From an uncultured Bacteroidota bacterium (GTDB lineage: Bacteria > Bacteroidota > Ignavibacteria > Ignavibacteriales > Ignavibacteriaceae), in assembly GCA_963740945.1 (NCBI GenBank), contig CAVUGE010000029.1, positions 6,066-70,065 of the forward strand: DNA of 64,000 nt. The letters run 5' to 3'. The notes beneath the pieces are model-generated. The model had not been told where the DNA came from, did not search any database, and saw nothing but the letters and a program-made list of their open reading frames with translations. The position numbers and the translations under genes are program-made. Shown piece after piece: positions 8,977 to 18,130 of this stretch. The first letter of the stretch is position 1. Each line of letters starts with the position of its first letter.

Positions 8977-9954
8977 ATGATTGATTTTGATTATATACAA
9001 CCGAAAACTTTAGAGGAAGCAAGCAGTCTGTTGCGTAAAGCAGATGGTAAAGCAATTCCATACAGCGGCGGTACAGATGCTTTAAGCCTGTTAAAAGAAG
9101 ATATAATCTCACCCGAACAAGTGGTAAATCTGAAAAATATTCCTAACTTAACCGGGATAAGTTATGAAGAAGGCAAAGGGTTAAAAATCGGAGGATTGGT
9201 TACAATTACCGATATCGCTGAGAACCCAATAATCAAAGAGAAATATAGCGTTCTTTCCGAAGCTGCAGATAAAATAGCTTCACCGCAATTAAGAAATGTT
9301 GGTACTATTGGAGGCAACTTAAATCAAAGACCCCGCTGCTGGTATTTTAGAAAGGATTTTGACTGTATCAGAAAAGGTGGGAGTATTTGTTATGCAGTGG
9401 ACGGTGAAAATAAATATCATTGTGTAACCGGAGGAGGTCCCTGCTATATAGTTCATCCATCCGATATGGCTGTAGCATTACTAGCCCTTGACGCTTCGGT
9501 AAATATATTTTCAGGAAAAAAGACTAGAACTATACCTGTCAGCGATTTTTTTATTTTACCTGAAGTCAACCACTTAAAGGAAAATATTCTTGAACCGGGA
9601 GAGATACTTACTGAAATTATTGTTCCTGAACTACCAAATAATACAAAAAGCGGCTACTATAAATTTATGGAAAGGGAAGTGTGGGATTTTGCTGTAGTTA
9701 GTGTTGCAGCAGTTTTAACCAAAAATGGTAATTCATTAAGTAAAGGAAGAATTGCTTTTGGAGGAATTGCCCCGATTCCCTGGTTAGATAAAAATATAAA
9801 CAATATGCTTAAAGGTCTGCCATTGAATGATGAATCAATAGATAAAGCTGTTTCTCAAATTTTAGCCGGAGCAGAACCCCTGGAACAAAATGAATATAAA
9901 ATTCCGCTTGCGAAAAATATAACCCGGAATATAATACATAAATTGGCAGAGTAA
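8977..9954 (+). CDS. FAD-binding medium subunit of a xanthine-dehydrogenase-family enzyme (PaoB/CoxM-like)
   Basis: 325 aa. FAD-binding PCMH-type blocks (YSGGTDAL, VGTIGGNL) and a Cys-rich insert (RPRCWYFRKDFDCIRKGGSICYAV...HCVTGGGPCY) consistent with the extra Fe-S site described for PaoB-type subunits. Confidence 0.8.
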   Translation: MIDFDYIQPKTLEEASSLLRKADGKAIPYSGGTDALSLLKEDIISPEQVVNLKNIPNLTGISYEEGKGLKIGGLVTITDIAENPIIKEKYSVLSEAADKIASPQLRNVGTIGGNLNQRPRCWYFRKDFDCIRKGGSICYAVDGENKYHCVTGGGPCYIVHPSDMAVALLALDASVNIFSGKKTRTIPVSDFFILPEVNHLKENILEPGEILTEIIVPELPNNTKSGYYKFMEREVWDFAVVSVAAVLTKNGNSLSKGRIAFGGIAPIPWLDKNINNMLKGLPLNDESIDKAVSQILAGAEPLEQNEYKIPLAKNITRNIIHKLAE

Positions 9955-9966
9955 TTTGTTAGGTCT

Positions 9967-10000
9967 AACCTCCGGGGTTTCTAAAAACCTCGGAGGTTTT
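9967..10000 (+). terminator. Strong GC-rich hairpin, candidate intrinsic terminator or attenuator inside the operon
   Basis: AACCTCCGGGGTTT (9967-9980) pairs with AAACCTCGGAGGTT (9985-9998): 14 bp including one G-U, 4-nt loop, running into TTTT (9997-10000). Confidence 0.55.
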
Positions 10001-10016
10001 ATGTAAAATTAAATTT

Positions 10017-10616
10017 ATGATATTGAATTCTCTTATTATAGCTGCAGGGCTTTCCTCAAGAATGGGAGATTTTAAACCTTTACTTTTATACAGAAATAAA
10101 GCAATTATAATATCAATTATAAAAAAAATTAGTATAATAAGTGATAAGATCTTTATTGTAACCGGCTTTAAGGAAAATGAGTTAATCACTGAAGTTCAAA
10201 AAAATTTTCAAGGAACGGAAATAAATCAGAAAATTGTATTTGTTTCCAATCCTAATTTTAAGAAAGGAATGTTTACTTCACTTCAAAAAGGTCTGGAAAA
10301 AGGAAAGGAATGCGACTGGATTTTATACCATTTTGTGGATCAACCTCATCTTCCTCAAAATTTTTATATAGAATTTTATTCCTTGCTCAATGAAAAATTT
10401 GATTGGATTCAGCCTGCTTTCAGAGAAAAGAAGGGACATCCTATATTAATAAATAAATCTTTATTTGACCATATTATTTATGCGGATGAAAATTCGACTT
10501 TGAAGAATTTGAATGATAAGTTAAAAATTAATAAAATGATATGGAACTGTAATTATAAAGAAATCTTGGATGATATTGATACCCCTGAAGATTATAATAA
10601 CTTAATCAATGAATAG
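10017..10616 (+). CDS. MobA/MocA-like nucleotidyltransferase (molybdenum cofactor cytidylyl/guanylyl-transferase family)
   Basis: N-terminal IIAAGLSSRMGDFKPLL matches the MobA-like NTP-transferase signature; sits next to the Moco enzyme genes. Confidence 0.7.
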   Translation: MILNSLIIAAGLSSRMGDFKPLLLYRNKAIIISIIKKISIISDKIFIVTGFKENELITEVQKNFQGTEINQKIVFVSNPNFKKGMFTSLQKGLEKGKECDWILYHFVDQPHLPQNFYIEFYSLLNEKFDWIQPAFREKKGHPILINKSLFDHIIYADENSTLKNLNDKLKINKMIWNCNYKEILDDIDTPEDYNNLINE

Positions 10617-10619
10617 AAT

Positions 10620-11411
10620 ATGAATATTTACGAAGAAATACTTGAATTAGAAAAAAACAATCAGCCGTTTGTTTTAACAACGGTAGTTAATGTCAGCGGT
10701 TCCGTTCCTGGTAAAACCGGATTTAAGATGCTGATAAAAAAAGATGCCTCAACTTTAGGAACAGTTGGAGGGGGAGCTATTGAAGCTGAAGTTATAAAAG
10801 AAGGGACTAAAAGATTAGTATCGGGAGAAAGCGGAATTAAAGAATATTTGTTGTCGGATAATGAATCATTAGAAAATAATGACATAACAACTATTCCTAT
10901 GAAATGCAGCGGGCAGGCTACTATTTATTATGAAGTAAATAACTCTCTGGCAGCTATATATATATTTGGAGGAGGGCACGTTGGTCATGCCTTACTCCAT
11001 TATTTAATGCCGTTGGGCTACCATACAATTTTAATAGATAATAGAAAAGAATTTGCATCAAAAGAAAAGAACCCTGCTGCAGCAGAATGTATAAATAAAG
11101 AATATCAGGATTTTGTTGATGAATTTAATCCACTTGAAAATTCATTTGCAGTAATAGTTACACACAGTCACAAATATGATTATGAAATTCTCAAAAAAAT
11201 TTATGAAAGGAAATTAAACTTCAAATATGTAGGGGTTATTGCTTCAAAATCAAAAGCCTCATCAATGATTCATAAATTAAAAGAAGATCTAAATAATAAC
11301 ATAAATCTTTCAAACCTTCATACACCAATAGGATTAAAGATTGGAGGAACAACTGCCGAAGAAATTGCCTTATCAATAGCCGCTGAGATACAATCAATAA
11401 AATATTCTTAA
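10620..11411 (+). CDS. XdhC/CoxI-family molybdoenzyme maturation protein
   Basis: 263 aa. N-terminal XdhC block (PFVLTTVVNVSGSVPGKTGFKMLI...GTVGGGAIE) and a Rossmann-like C-terminal half (IYIFGGGHVGHAL). Confidence 0.8.
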   Translation: MNIYEEILELEKNNQPFVLTTVVNVSGSVPGKTGFKMLIKKDASTLGTVGGGAIEAEVIKEGTKRLVSGESGIKEYLLSDNESLENNDITTIPMKCSGQATIYYEVNNSLAAIYIFGGGHVGHALLHYLMPLGYHTILIDNRKEFASKEKNPAAAECINKEYQDFVDEFNPLENSFAVIVTHSHKYDYEILKKIYERKLNFKYVGVIASKSKASSMIHKLKEDLNNNINLSNLHTPIGLKIGGTTAEEIALSIAAEIQSIKYS

Positions 11412-11506
11412 CTTAGAAAATTTTTCATATCTTTAATATTTAAATATTTTTTGCTTATGGCAGAAAAAAGTTTTATCCAATTTTTACGTGAATTTAAATA
11501 TAGAGC

Positions 11507-12508
11507 ATGATAGATTTTCAACAACTCAAAGAAATCCTTATAAATAATAATTCATTTCTAATAACTACACATGTAAATCCTGACGCTGATGCTATAGGTT
11601 CAGAAATTGCACTTTATAATATCCTAAAAGAATTAGGGAAAGAAACATATATAATAAATTACAGTTCAATGCCTTATAACCTGAAGTTTTTAGATGTTGA
11701 TAATAAAATTCAAAAGTATGATGAGATTCAACATCAAGATTTATTTTATATGGCAGATGTGCTGGTTGCAGTTGACTATAACAGAGTAGATAGAATAGTA
11801 AAGATGCGGAATAGATTTATTAACTCGAAAAAGGTAAAGATATGCATTGATCATCACCAGGAACCTGAAGACTTTGTTGATCATTATTTTATCGATATAT
11901 CTTATACTGCAACGGGACAGATTTTATATGACTTAATAAAAAAGACACAGATCGTTAACTTAAGCCATGGGACTGCACTTCCTATTTATGCGGCAATAAT
12001 GACCGATACTGGTTCTTTCCGCTTTGAACGAACAACTCCTCAAATTCATAATATTGCTGCCGAACTTTTGGGATATGATGTTGACCCGGGTGATGTTTTC
12101 GATAAAATTTATGACCAAAGTAAATTCGGTAAAATAAAATTATTAGGGAAAGCTTTAGATTCATTAAAACTTTACGGAATAGATAAAGAAATAGGATATA
12201 TGATCTTAACCAGGGATATGTTCGTTTCAACCGGAGCCGAAGAACATGATACAGACGGTTTTGTTAATTTTTCATTATCAGTGGAGAGGGTAAAAATAGG
12301 TTTGCTATTTATTGAATTAAATGAAGGTTTCAAGGTAAGTTTCCGTTCCAAAGGTAGTATCCCGGTTAATGAATTAGCCCAGGAGTTCGGAGGCGGCGGA
12401 CATATAAATGCTGCTGGATTGAGAATATTTGACAAAAACCTATCCGAATTTTTACCTTTAATCCTTGAAAGAGCTGAAAATTACCTAAATAAAAATAAAG
12501 GAATATGA
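11507..12508 (+). CDS. nrnA: DHH-family phosphoesterase, NrnA-type oligoribonuclease/pAp phosphatase
   Basis: DHH blocks (THVNPDADAIGS, CIDHHQ, MTDTGSFRF) and DHHA1 GGGH (FGGGGHINAAG). Confidence 0.8.
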   Translation: MIDFQQLKEILINNNSFLITTHVNPDADAIGSEIALYNILKELGKETYIINYSSMPYNLKFLDVDNKIQKYDEIQHQDLFYMADVLVAVDYNRVDRIVKMRNRFINSKKVKICIDHHQEPEDFVDHYFIDISYTATGQILYDLIKKTQIVNLSHGTALPIYAAIMTDTGSFRFERTTPQIHNIAAELLGYDVDPGDVFDKIYDQSKFGKIKLLGKALDSLKLYGIDKEIGYMILTRDMFVSTGAEEHDTDGFVNFSLSVERVKIGLLFIELNEGFKVSFRSKGSIPVNELAQEFGGGGHINAAGLRIFDKNLSEFLPLILERAENYLNKNKGI

Positions 12509-14016
12509 TGTTTAATCTGAATTTGAAATCCGGAAATAAAAAAATTTCATATAAAAATTTATCTGTTTGTATGAGATATTTAATTGATGAAAAAAAACTG
12601 GATGAAAGCCTTGAAAATATTGAAAGAGTATTTAATTTCCATTTGTCTGAACTTCAGAAGAAAACATTCTTAAGCAAAAACGGGACGGAAATCAGGGTTC
12701 CAAAACGCGACGGGAAACCGGATGAAGTTTATATCTTTAAAATAAAACTCGACGATAATTTCTCCGTTGATTATTTCAGGAATCATCTCGCCGGATTTTT
12801 ACCGCAGTTGCAAAAAGAAGAAGTAAAGAACGTTCATATTTTTATACCAAAATACCAGGCATTTCAAAAATTTTTTGAAATGGAAGAATATTTTTATCAG
12901 ACTTTTATAGAAGGGATTATATTAGGCAATTATTCCTTTGATAAATATAAAACCGGAGATAAAAAAAATAAAGATCTATCTGTATATTTTTATTCGGATA
13001 ATGAAAAGAAGTTAAAATTGGCAATGAATGAAGCTCTGAATATAATGGAAGGGGTTAACTTTGCCAAAGACCTGCAAAATGAACCGGCGATTACGATCAC
13101 ACCCCATGAACTGGCACAACGTATTTCATCAACTCTATCAAAAGAAGGTGTAAAAGTTACCGTTTTCAATGAAAAAGAAATAAAAAAGAAAAATATGGGC
13201 GGATTAACTGCTATAGGGATGGGAAGTGAAAATCCACCGCGGTTTATTGTTTTAGATTATAGTCCTCAGGATAAAAATAAAAATAAAAAGAAAAAAAGAA
13301 AGATTGCTTTAGTTGGAAAGGGGATAACTTTTGATTCCGGAGGTATATCTATAAAACCGGCAAATAATATGGGTGAAATGAAAGCCGATATGTCAGGTGC
13401 AGCAGTAGTTGCCGGAACAATTTTGGCAGCGGCAAAAGCGAATCTAAATGTTGATATCATAGGCATAATTCCTTCCGCAGAAAATATGGTTTCAGGGAAA
13501 TCAATAAGACCGGGTGACATTATCATGACTGCTTCCGGAAAAAGCATTGAGATAGTTGATACGGATGCCGAAGGGAGGGTAATCCTATCCGATGCCCTAG
13601 ACTATGCTTCAAAAGAAAAACCTGATGTGATTATAGATCTGGCGACTTTGACAGGTTCCTGTGTAATTGCCCTTGGAGAATTTGCGGCCGGTTTATTTAC
13701 TAAAGATGAAAAGTTATCAAAACAACTTTTTGATTGCGGCTTGATGACTCATGATCTTGTATGGCCTCTCCCTATGTGGGATGATTATAATGAACTGAAT
13801 AAAAGCGATGTAGCCGATGTAAAAAATCTGGGAGGAAAGTGGGGAGGAGCGATAAGTGCAGCAAAATTCCTCGAAAACTTTGTTGATAAAAAAATTCCAT
13901 GGGCTCATCTCGATATTGCTGGCCCATCTATGGCACATAATTATAATAATTATACAAAAAAATATATGACAGGTTTTGGAGTAAGATTATTATTTGAATA
14001 TTTAAGAAAAAACTAG
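12505..14016 (+). CDS. pepA: Leucyl aminopeptidase (M17 family)
   Basis: M17 signatures VGKGITFDSGGISIKP and VDTDAEGRVILSDAL; 4-nt overlap with nrnA. Confidence 0.9.
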   Translation: MMFNLNLKSGNKKISYKNLSVCMRYLIDEKKLDESLENIERVFNFHLSELQKKTFLSKNGTEIRVPKRDGKPDEVYIFKIKLDDNFSVDYFRNHLAGFLPQLQKEEVKNVHIFIPKYQAFQKFFEMEEYFYQTFIEGIILGNYSFDKYKTGDKKNKDLSVYFYSDNEKKLKLAMNEALNIMEGVNFAKDLQNEPAITITPHELAQRISSTLSKEGVKVTVFNEKEIKKKNMGGLTAIGMGSENPPRFIVLDYSPQDKNKNKKKKRKIALVGKGITFDSGGISIKPANNMGEMKADMSGAAVVAGTILAAAKANLNVDIIGIIPSAENMVSGKSIRPGDIIMTASGKSIEIVDTDAEGRVILSDALDYASKEKPDVIIDLATLTGSCVIALGEFAAGLFTKDEKLSKQLFDCGLMTHDLVWPLPMWDDYNELNKSDVADVKNLGGKWGGAISAAKFLENFVDKKIPWAHLDIAGPSMAHNYNNYTKKYMTGFGVRLLFEYLRKN

Positions 14017-14047
14017 GTAAGTAATTTGATTTTAACCTCACCCCCTA

Positions 14048-14154
14048 GAGGGTGACCAAAAAGTAATTATTTTCTTAAAAATAGAACACTGATGACGCAG
14101 ATTTTAACAGATTTTCACTGATTTCAATTTGAAAATTACTTATTGGTCACCCTC
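14048..14154. repeat. Palindromic MITE/REP-like element, family 1 (GAGGGTGACCAAAAAGTA termini)
   Basis: Left arm GAGGGTGACCAAAAAGTAATT (14048-14068) is the near-perfect inverted repeat of AATTACTTATTGGTCACCCTC (14134-14154). The same termini recur at 20041-20174. Confidence 0.7.
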
Positions 14155-14196
14155 AGGCGTCGGACAAATAACAGTTATAACTGTGGGATAATATTT

Positions 14197-15324
14197 ATGG
14201 ATTCCAAAAAATATAACAATATAAAATTAGGTTTTAGTATTGGAGAGGGAATATTAAGCTTTATTCTCATTCTTCTTTTTGTAATGACCGGATTAAGCCT
14301 GGGTTTACAAAATTATATAAATCATTTTACCTCCAATTCATATTTACTTTTCCTTTTATTTACAATTATAACCGGTGTCGCAGGAGCAATAATTTTTTCT
14401 CCCCTAAACTTTTATACCGGCTTTTATCTCGAACATAAATTTAATTTATCTAATCAAACATTTATAAAATGGATATGGGAAGGTGCCAAAGGCGTTGCAG
14501 TATCCTCTGTAATAGGAGTTCCTATACTATTATTTTTTTATTATACTTTAAATAAATTCGGAAACCTATGGTGGCTTCCGTTAGCTATAGTTCTTTTTCT
14601 TGTATCGGTAATTTTAGCAAGAGTAGTTCCAATAATAATATTGCCTTTATTTTATAAAGTAACTCCGATTGATGATGAAGATTTAAAGAGCAGAATTAAC
14701 ACTTTAGCAAAAGACGCCGGAATTAAAGTAGAAAATGTCTATAAATTTAATATGAGTAAAAATACTAAAAAAGCAAACGCAGCTTTTACGGGAATAGGAA
14801 AATCAAAAAGAATATTACTCGGGGATACACTTCTTGAGAATTATACGAAAGACGAAATTGAAACCGTTATTGCTCATGAACTAGGTCATTATAAAAAGAA
14901 GCATATAGTTAAAAACATAGTTATAGGAACAGCAGCAAGTTTTCTTACATTGTTTCTTATATCCTATTTTTACAAAATTTCAATTCACTGGTTCGGCTTT
15001 GATAAAATAATAATAGTCGCAGCACTTCCTATCCTTTCGCTGTGGATAATGTTAATTGGTTTGGTTCAAACTCCGCTAACAAATATTTTATCAAGGAAAT
15101 ATGAATATGAAGCTGATGAATATGCCGTATCATCAACTAGAAAACCTACAGCTTTCAAATCAACTTTAGAAAAATTGACCGAACAAAACTTAGGTGATAA
15201 AGACCCCCATCCTTTTGTAGAATGGTTTTTTTATAGTCACCCGTCAATAAAAAACAGAATTTCTGCTTTAGAAGAATTTGTGGAAAAAAATAATATAGTT
15301 GAAGAAGCTATTGGGTTAAAGTAA
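14197..15324 (+). CDS. M48-family zinc metalloprotease (Ste24/HtpX-like), multi-pass membrane protein
   Basis: HELGH zinc motif (VIAHELGHYKKKH) with several hydrophobic helices. ATG at 14197 (MDSKKYNN) is preferred because the ORF-track start at 14143 lies inside the inverted-repeat element. Confidence 0.8.
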   Translation: MDSKKYNNIKLGFSIGEGILSFILILLFVMTGLSLGLQNYINHFTSNSYLLFLLFTIITGVAGAIIFSPLNFYTGFYLEHKFNLSNQTFIKWIWEGAKGVAVSSVIGVPILLFFYYTLNKFGNLWWLPLAIVLFLVSVILARVVPIIILPLFYKVTPIDDEDLKSRINTLAKDAGIKVENVYKFNMSKNTKKANAAFTGIGKSKRILLGDTLLENYTKDEIETVIAHELGHYKKKHIVKNIVIGTAASFLTLFLISYFYKISIHWFGFDKIIIVAALPILSLWIMLIGLVQTPLTNILSRKYEYEADEYAVSSTRKPTAFKSTLEKLTEQNLGDKDPHPFVEWFFYSHPSIKNRISALEEFVEKNNIVEEAIGLK

Positions 15325-15358
15325 TTTTCTAATCATGATAGATTAGTCAGGACTTAAC

Positions 15359-16057
15359 TTGTTATCATATATAAAATTTTTTTTTATTATCATACACGCA
15401 ACTATTTGTTCAATATTTGCCCTTGTATTTTCATTGGACAGAAGCTTTTTTCTTTACTATAAATTATCCAAAGTTTTTTCAAAAGGAATCTTTTTAATAT
15501 CCGGTATTAAGCTAACAATAAGCGGGTTGGAAAACTTTGATCATAAGAAGATATATGTTTTTGTTTCAAATCATAGCAGCCAGTATGATATACCCTCACT
15601 TCAATATTCGATACCTATTCCGATAAGTATTGTCTTTAAAAAAGAATTAAGTAAAATCCCTTTGTTCGGGTGGCAGTTGAGAACCGGCCCTTATGTTATG
15701 ATTGATAGAACAAATACCGAAAGTGCATTAAAAAGTATTGAAAAAGCAAAAAAAAGAATGATTGAAAAGGGTCTTTCACCGCTAGTTTTTGCAGAAGGCA
15801 CAAGAAGCAAGACCGGAGAAGTTCAAACCTTCAAAAGGGGGGCATTCTACCTAGCCTCAAAAGTTGGCTTCCCCATTGTCCCTGTATCAGTCAGCGGTGC
15901 ATCAAAAATTCTACCTAAAGGGAAATTTAAAATAAAAAGCGGTACTATTTATGTTCATTTTGATAAACCGATTACTACAGAAAATATGGTAAACAGGCGG
16001 GATGAACTTGAACTTATGGCAAAAGTAAGGGATATTGTAATTCGCAATTTAAAATAG
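15359..16057 (+). CDS. plsC: 1-acyl-sn-glycerol-3-phosphate acyltransferase
   Basis: HX4D motif (NHSSQYD) and FAEGTRS block with an N-terminal membrane helix; TTG start. Confidence 0.8.
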   Translation: MLSYIKFFFIIIHATICSIFALVFSLDRSFFLYYKLSKVFSKGIFLISGIKLTISGLENFDHKKIYVFVSNHSSQYDIPSLQYSIPIPISIVFKKELSKIPLFGWQLRTGPYVMIDRTNTESALKSIEKAKKRMIEKGLSPLVFAEGTRSKTGEVQTFKRGAFYLASKVGFPIVPVSVSGASKILPKGKFKIKSGTIYVHFDKPITTENMVNRRDELELMAKVRDIVIRNLK

Positions 16058-16065
16058 GTTAGTAA

Positions 16066-16356
16066 ATGGGTGTAACAATAAAAGATGTAGAACATATCGC
16101 TGAATTGGCGAGATTAAAATTCAATGAAAGGGAACTGGACAATTTTACTCACCAGCTGAATGAAATTTTATCATATGTTGAAAAACTGAATGAACTGGAT
16201 ACGGAAAACGTTGAACCGCTATCCCATCCTGTTGAAAACAGCAATATTTTTAGAGAAGATGAAGTCAAACCTTCCGTAAACAGGGAAGATGCATTAAGGA
16301 ATGCACCTGATAAAAACGAAGTATTTTTCAAAGTGCCAAAAGTAATTGAGCAATAA
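16066..16356 (+). CDS. gatC: Asp-tRNA(Asn)/Glu-tRNA(Gln) amidotransferase subunit C
   Basis: 96 aa with the typical GatC pattern (VEHIAELARLKFNERELDNFTHQLNEILSYVEKLNELDTENVEP). Confidence 0.85.
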   Translation: MGVTIKDVEHIAELARLKFNERELDNFTHQLNEILSYVEKLNELDTENVEPLSHPVENSNIFREDEVKPSVNREDALRNAPDKNEVFFKVPKVIEQ

Positions 16357-16360
16357 AGTT

Positions 16361-16400
16361 AATGGATGAATGGATGAATGGATGAATGGATGATTGGATG
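16361..16400. repeat. 8-bp microsatellite (AATGGATG) x5
   Basis: Five head-to-tail copies starting 5 nt after the gatC stop; the last copy is ATTGGATG. Confidence 0.9.
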
Positions 16401-16448
16401 AAAAAGGGGCATTTATTCCATTTAGACTAACTACAAATTACAAAAAGT

Positions 16449-17204
16449 ATGATAGTTGGAATTATTCCCGCACGTTTTGCTTCTACAAGATTAATGGGAA
16501 AACCTCTTGCAGATATTGGGGGAAAACCGATGATTCAGCATACATACGAGAATTGTTTAAAGTCTAAACTTCTAAATGAAGTAGTTGTTGCTGTTGATGA
16601 TCAAAAGATTGCTCAGGTTATAAATGGTTTCGGCGGTAAAGCAATTATGACCCCGAAAAATATACAAACAGGATCTGACCGGATAGCTTTTGCTGCAAAG
16701 ACTTTACCGGATGCAAAGATAATAGTAAACATTCAAGGAGATGAACCTTTTATAAAAGGAGGAATGATTGATCAGGCTATCGAACCCCTTTTATTTGACC
16801 TTTCTGTGAATGTATCTACTCTGGCAAAGAAAATTGAGACTGTACAAGAACTAAAATCCCCCTCTGTTGTGAAAGTAGTATTCGATTATAAAAATTTTGC
16901 ACTCTACTTTTCACGCTCACCGATTCCTTTTGTAAGAGATGCAAAAACCAATCTTGAAAAAATAATAAATGCTGACATTTATAAACATGTAGGTTTATAT
17001 GTATTTAGACGCGAAGCATTATTCCGGTTTACAGAACTTGAACAAACCGACCTGGAGAAGATTGAAAAACTTGAACAGCTGAGGATGCTTGAACATGGTT
17101 TTAAGATAAAAATAGTCGTGACGGAATATGAAAACCTTGCTGTTGATACTCCCGAAGATCTGGATCGGGCAAGGTTCTATTATGTTAATTATGTAAACAG
17201 ATAA
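16449..17204 (+). CDS. kdsB: 3-deoxy-manno-octulosonate cytidylyltransferase
   Basis: N-terminal GIIPARFASTRLMGKPL and IVNIQGDEPF blocks characteristic of KdsB. Confidence 0.9.
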   Translation: MIVGIIPARFASTRLMGKPLADIGGKPMIQHTYENCLKSKLLNEVVVAVDDQKIAQVINGFGGKAIMTPKNIQTGSDRIAFAAKTLPDAKIIVNIQGDEPFIKGGMIDQAIEPLLFDLSVNVSTLAKKIETVQELKSPSVVKVVFDYKNFALYFSRSPIPFVRDAKTNLEKIINADIYKHVGLYVFRREALFRFTELEQTDLEKIEKLEQLRMLEHGFKIKIVVTEYENLAVDTPEDLDRARFYYVNYVNR

Positions 17205-17264
17205 ATATATTTTTTAATATTGCCGCTTTTGTCTATGTAAATATTAAAGGTTATTTTTTACAAT

Positions 17265-17681
17265 ATGAATTGCATTTTTTGTGATATAGTTGGTAAAAAA
17301 GTAGAAGCCGAGATACTTTTTGAGAACGATAACATTATTTCTTTTTTGGATATAAGGCCCGTTAATTTCGGTCATGCCCTGGTTATCCCTAAGAGTCATT
17401 ATAAGAATTTTCTTTCCGTTCCGGTAAATGAACTTGATGAATTGATTGAGCTTACACAGTACCTATCAAAGTATATAAAAGAAGTTTTAAACGCTGATGG
17501 GTTTAATATCATTGTCAATAACGGGGCTGCTGCCGGGCAAACGGTTTATCATTTCCATTTCCATATTATTCCCCGATTTGAAAAAGACTTCAATTTTAAA
17601 CCAAATTTTAAACTTTATTCTTTCGGGAAAATGAAAGAATATGCCGATATTATTCGTGATGCAATAAAAACAGAAGGATAA
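17265..17681 (+). CDS. HIT-family (histidine triad) protein
   Basis: CIFCDIV N-terminus and the histidine triad HFHFHIIPR. Confidence 0.85.
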   Translation: MNCIFCDIVGKKVEAEILFENDNIISFLDIRPVNFGHALVIPKSHYKNFLSVPVNELDELIELTQYLSKYIKEVLNADGFNIIVNNGAAAGQTVYHFHFHIIPRFEKDFNFKPNFKLYSFGKMKEYADIIRDAIKTEG

Positions 17682-17686
17682 ATGTA

Positions 17687-18094
17687 ATGGATCAGAAAAT
17701 CAGAGTACTAATTGCTAAAGCAGGACTGGACGGTCATGACAGGGGAGCAAAAGTAATAGCTGCAGCCTTAAGGGATGCCGGAATGGAAGTTATTTATACC
17801 GGCTTGCGTCAAACTCCGGAAATGATAGTTGAAGCAGCCTTGCAGGAAGATGTGGATGTTATCGGAATCAGTATTTTATCCGGCGCACATATGACTATAT
17901 TTCCCAAAATACTTAATTTAATGAAAGAAAAAGGCTTAAATGATATTCTTTTGACCGGCGGAGGAATAATTCCCACTGAAGATATTAAAGCACTTAAAGC
18001 TCAAGGAGTTGGAGAATTGTTTACTCCCGGAGCACCTACAACTGCAATAGCTGACTATATTAAATTATGGACTCAATCTCACCCGAGGGATTAG
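17687..18094 (+). CDS. Cobalamin-binding domain protein (methylmalonyl-CoA-mutase C-terminal-domain type)
   Basis: 135 aa. B12-binding DxHxxG motif ([11 protein letters not shown]), SILSG and GGGIIP blocks. No mutase catalytic subunit in this window. Confidence 0.8.
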   Translation: MDQKIRVLIAKAGLDGHDRGAKVIAAALRDAGMEVIYTGLRQTPEMIVEAALQEDVDVIGISILSGAHMTIFPKILNLMKEKGLNDILLTGGGIIPTEDIKALKAQGVGELFTPGAPTTAIADYIKLWTQSHPRD

Positions 18095-18130
18095 ATTCAA
18101 AAAATTCCTCCCCAACTGGAGTAAAATATA

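Noticed and set aside
14143-14196. Upstream start (MVTLRRRTNNSYNCGIIF...) for the M48 protease
   Set aside because: The extension begins inside the right arm of the inverted-repeat element (14134-14154) and adds a non-hydrophobic, Arg-rich leader. ATG at 14197 gives a sensible N-terminus.
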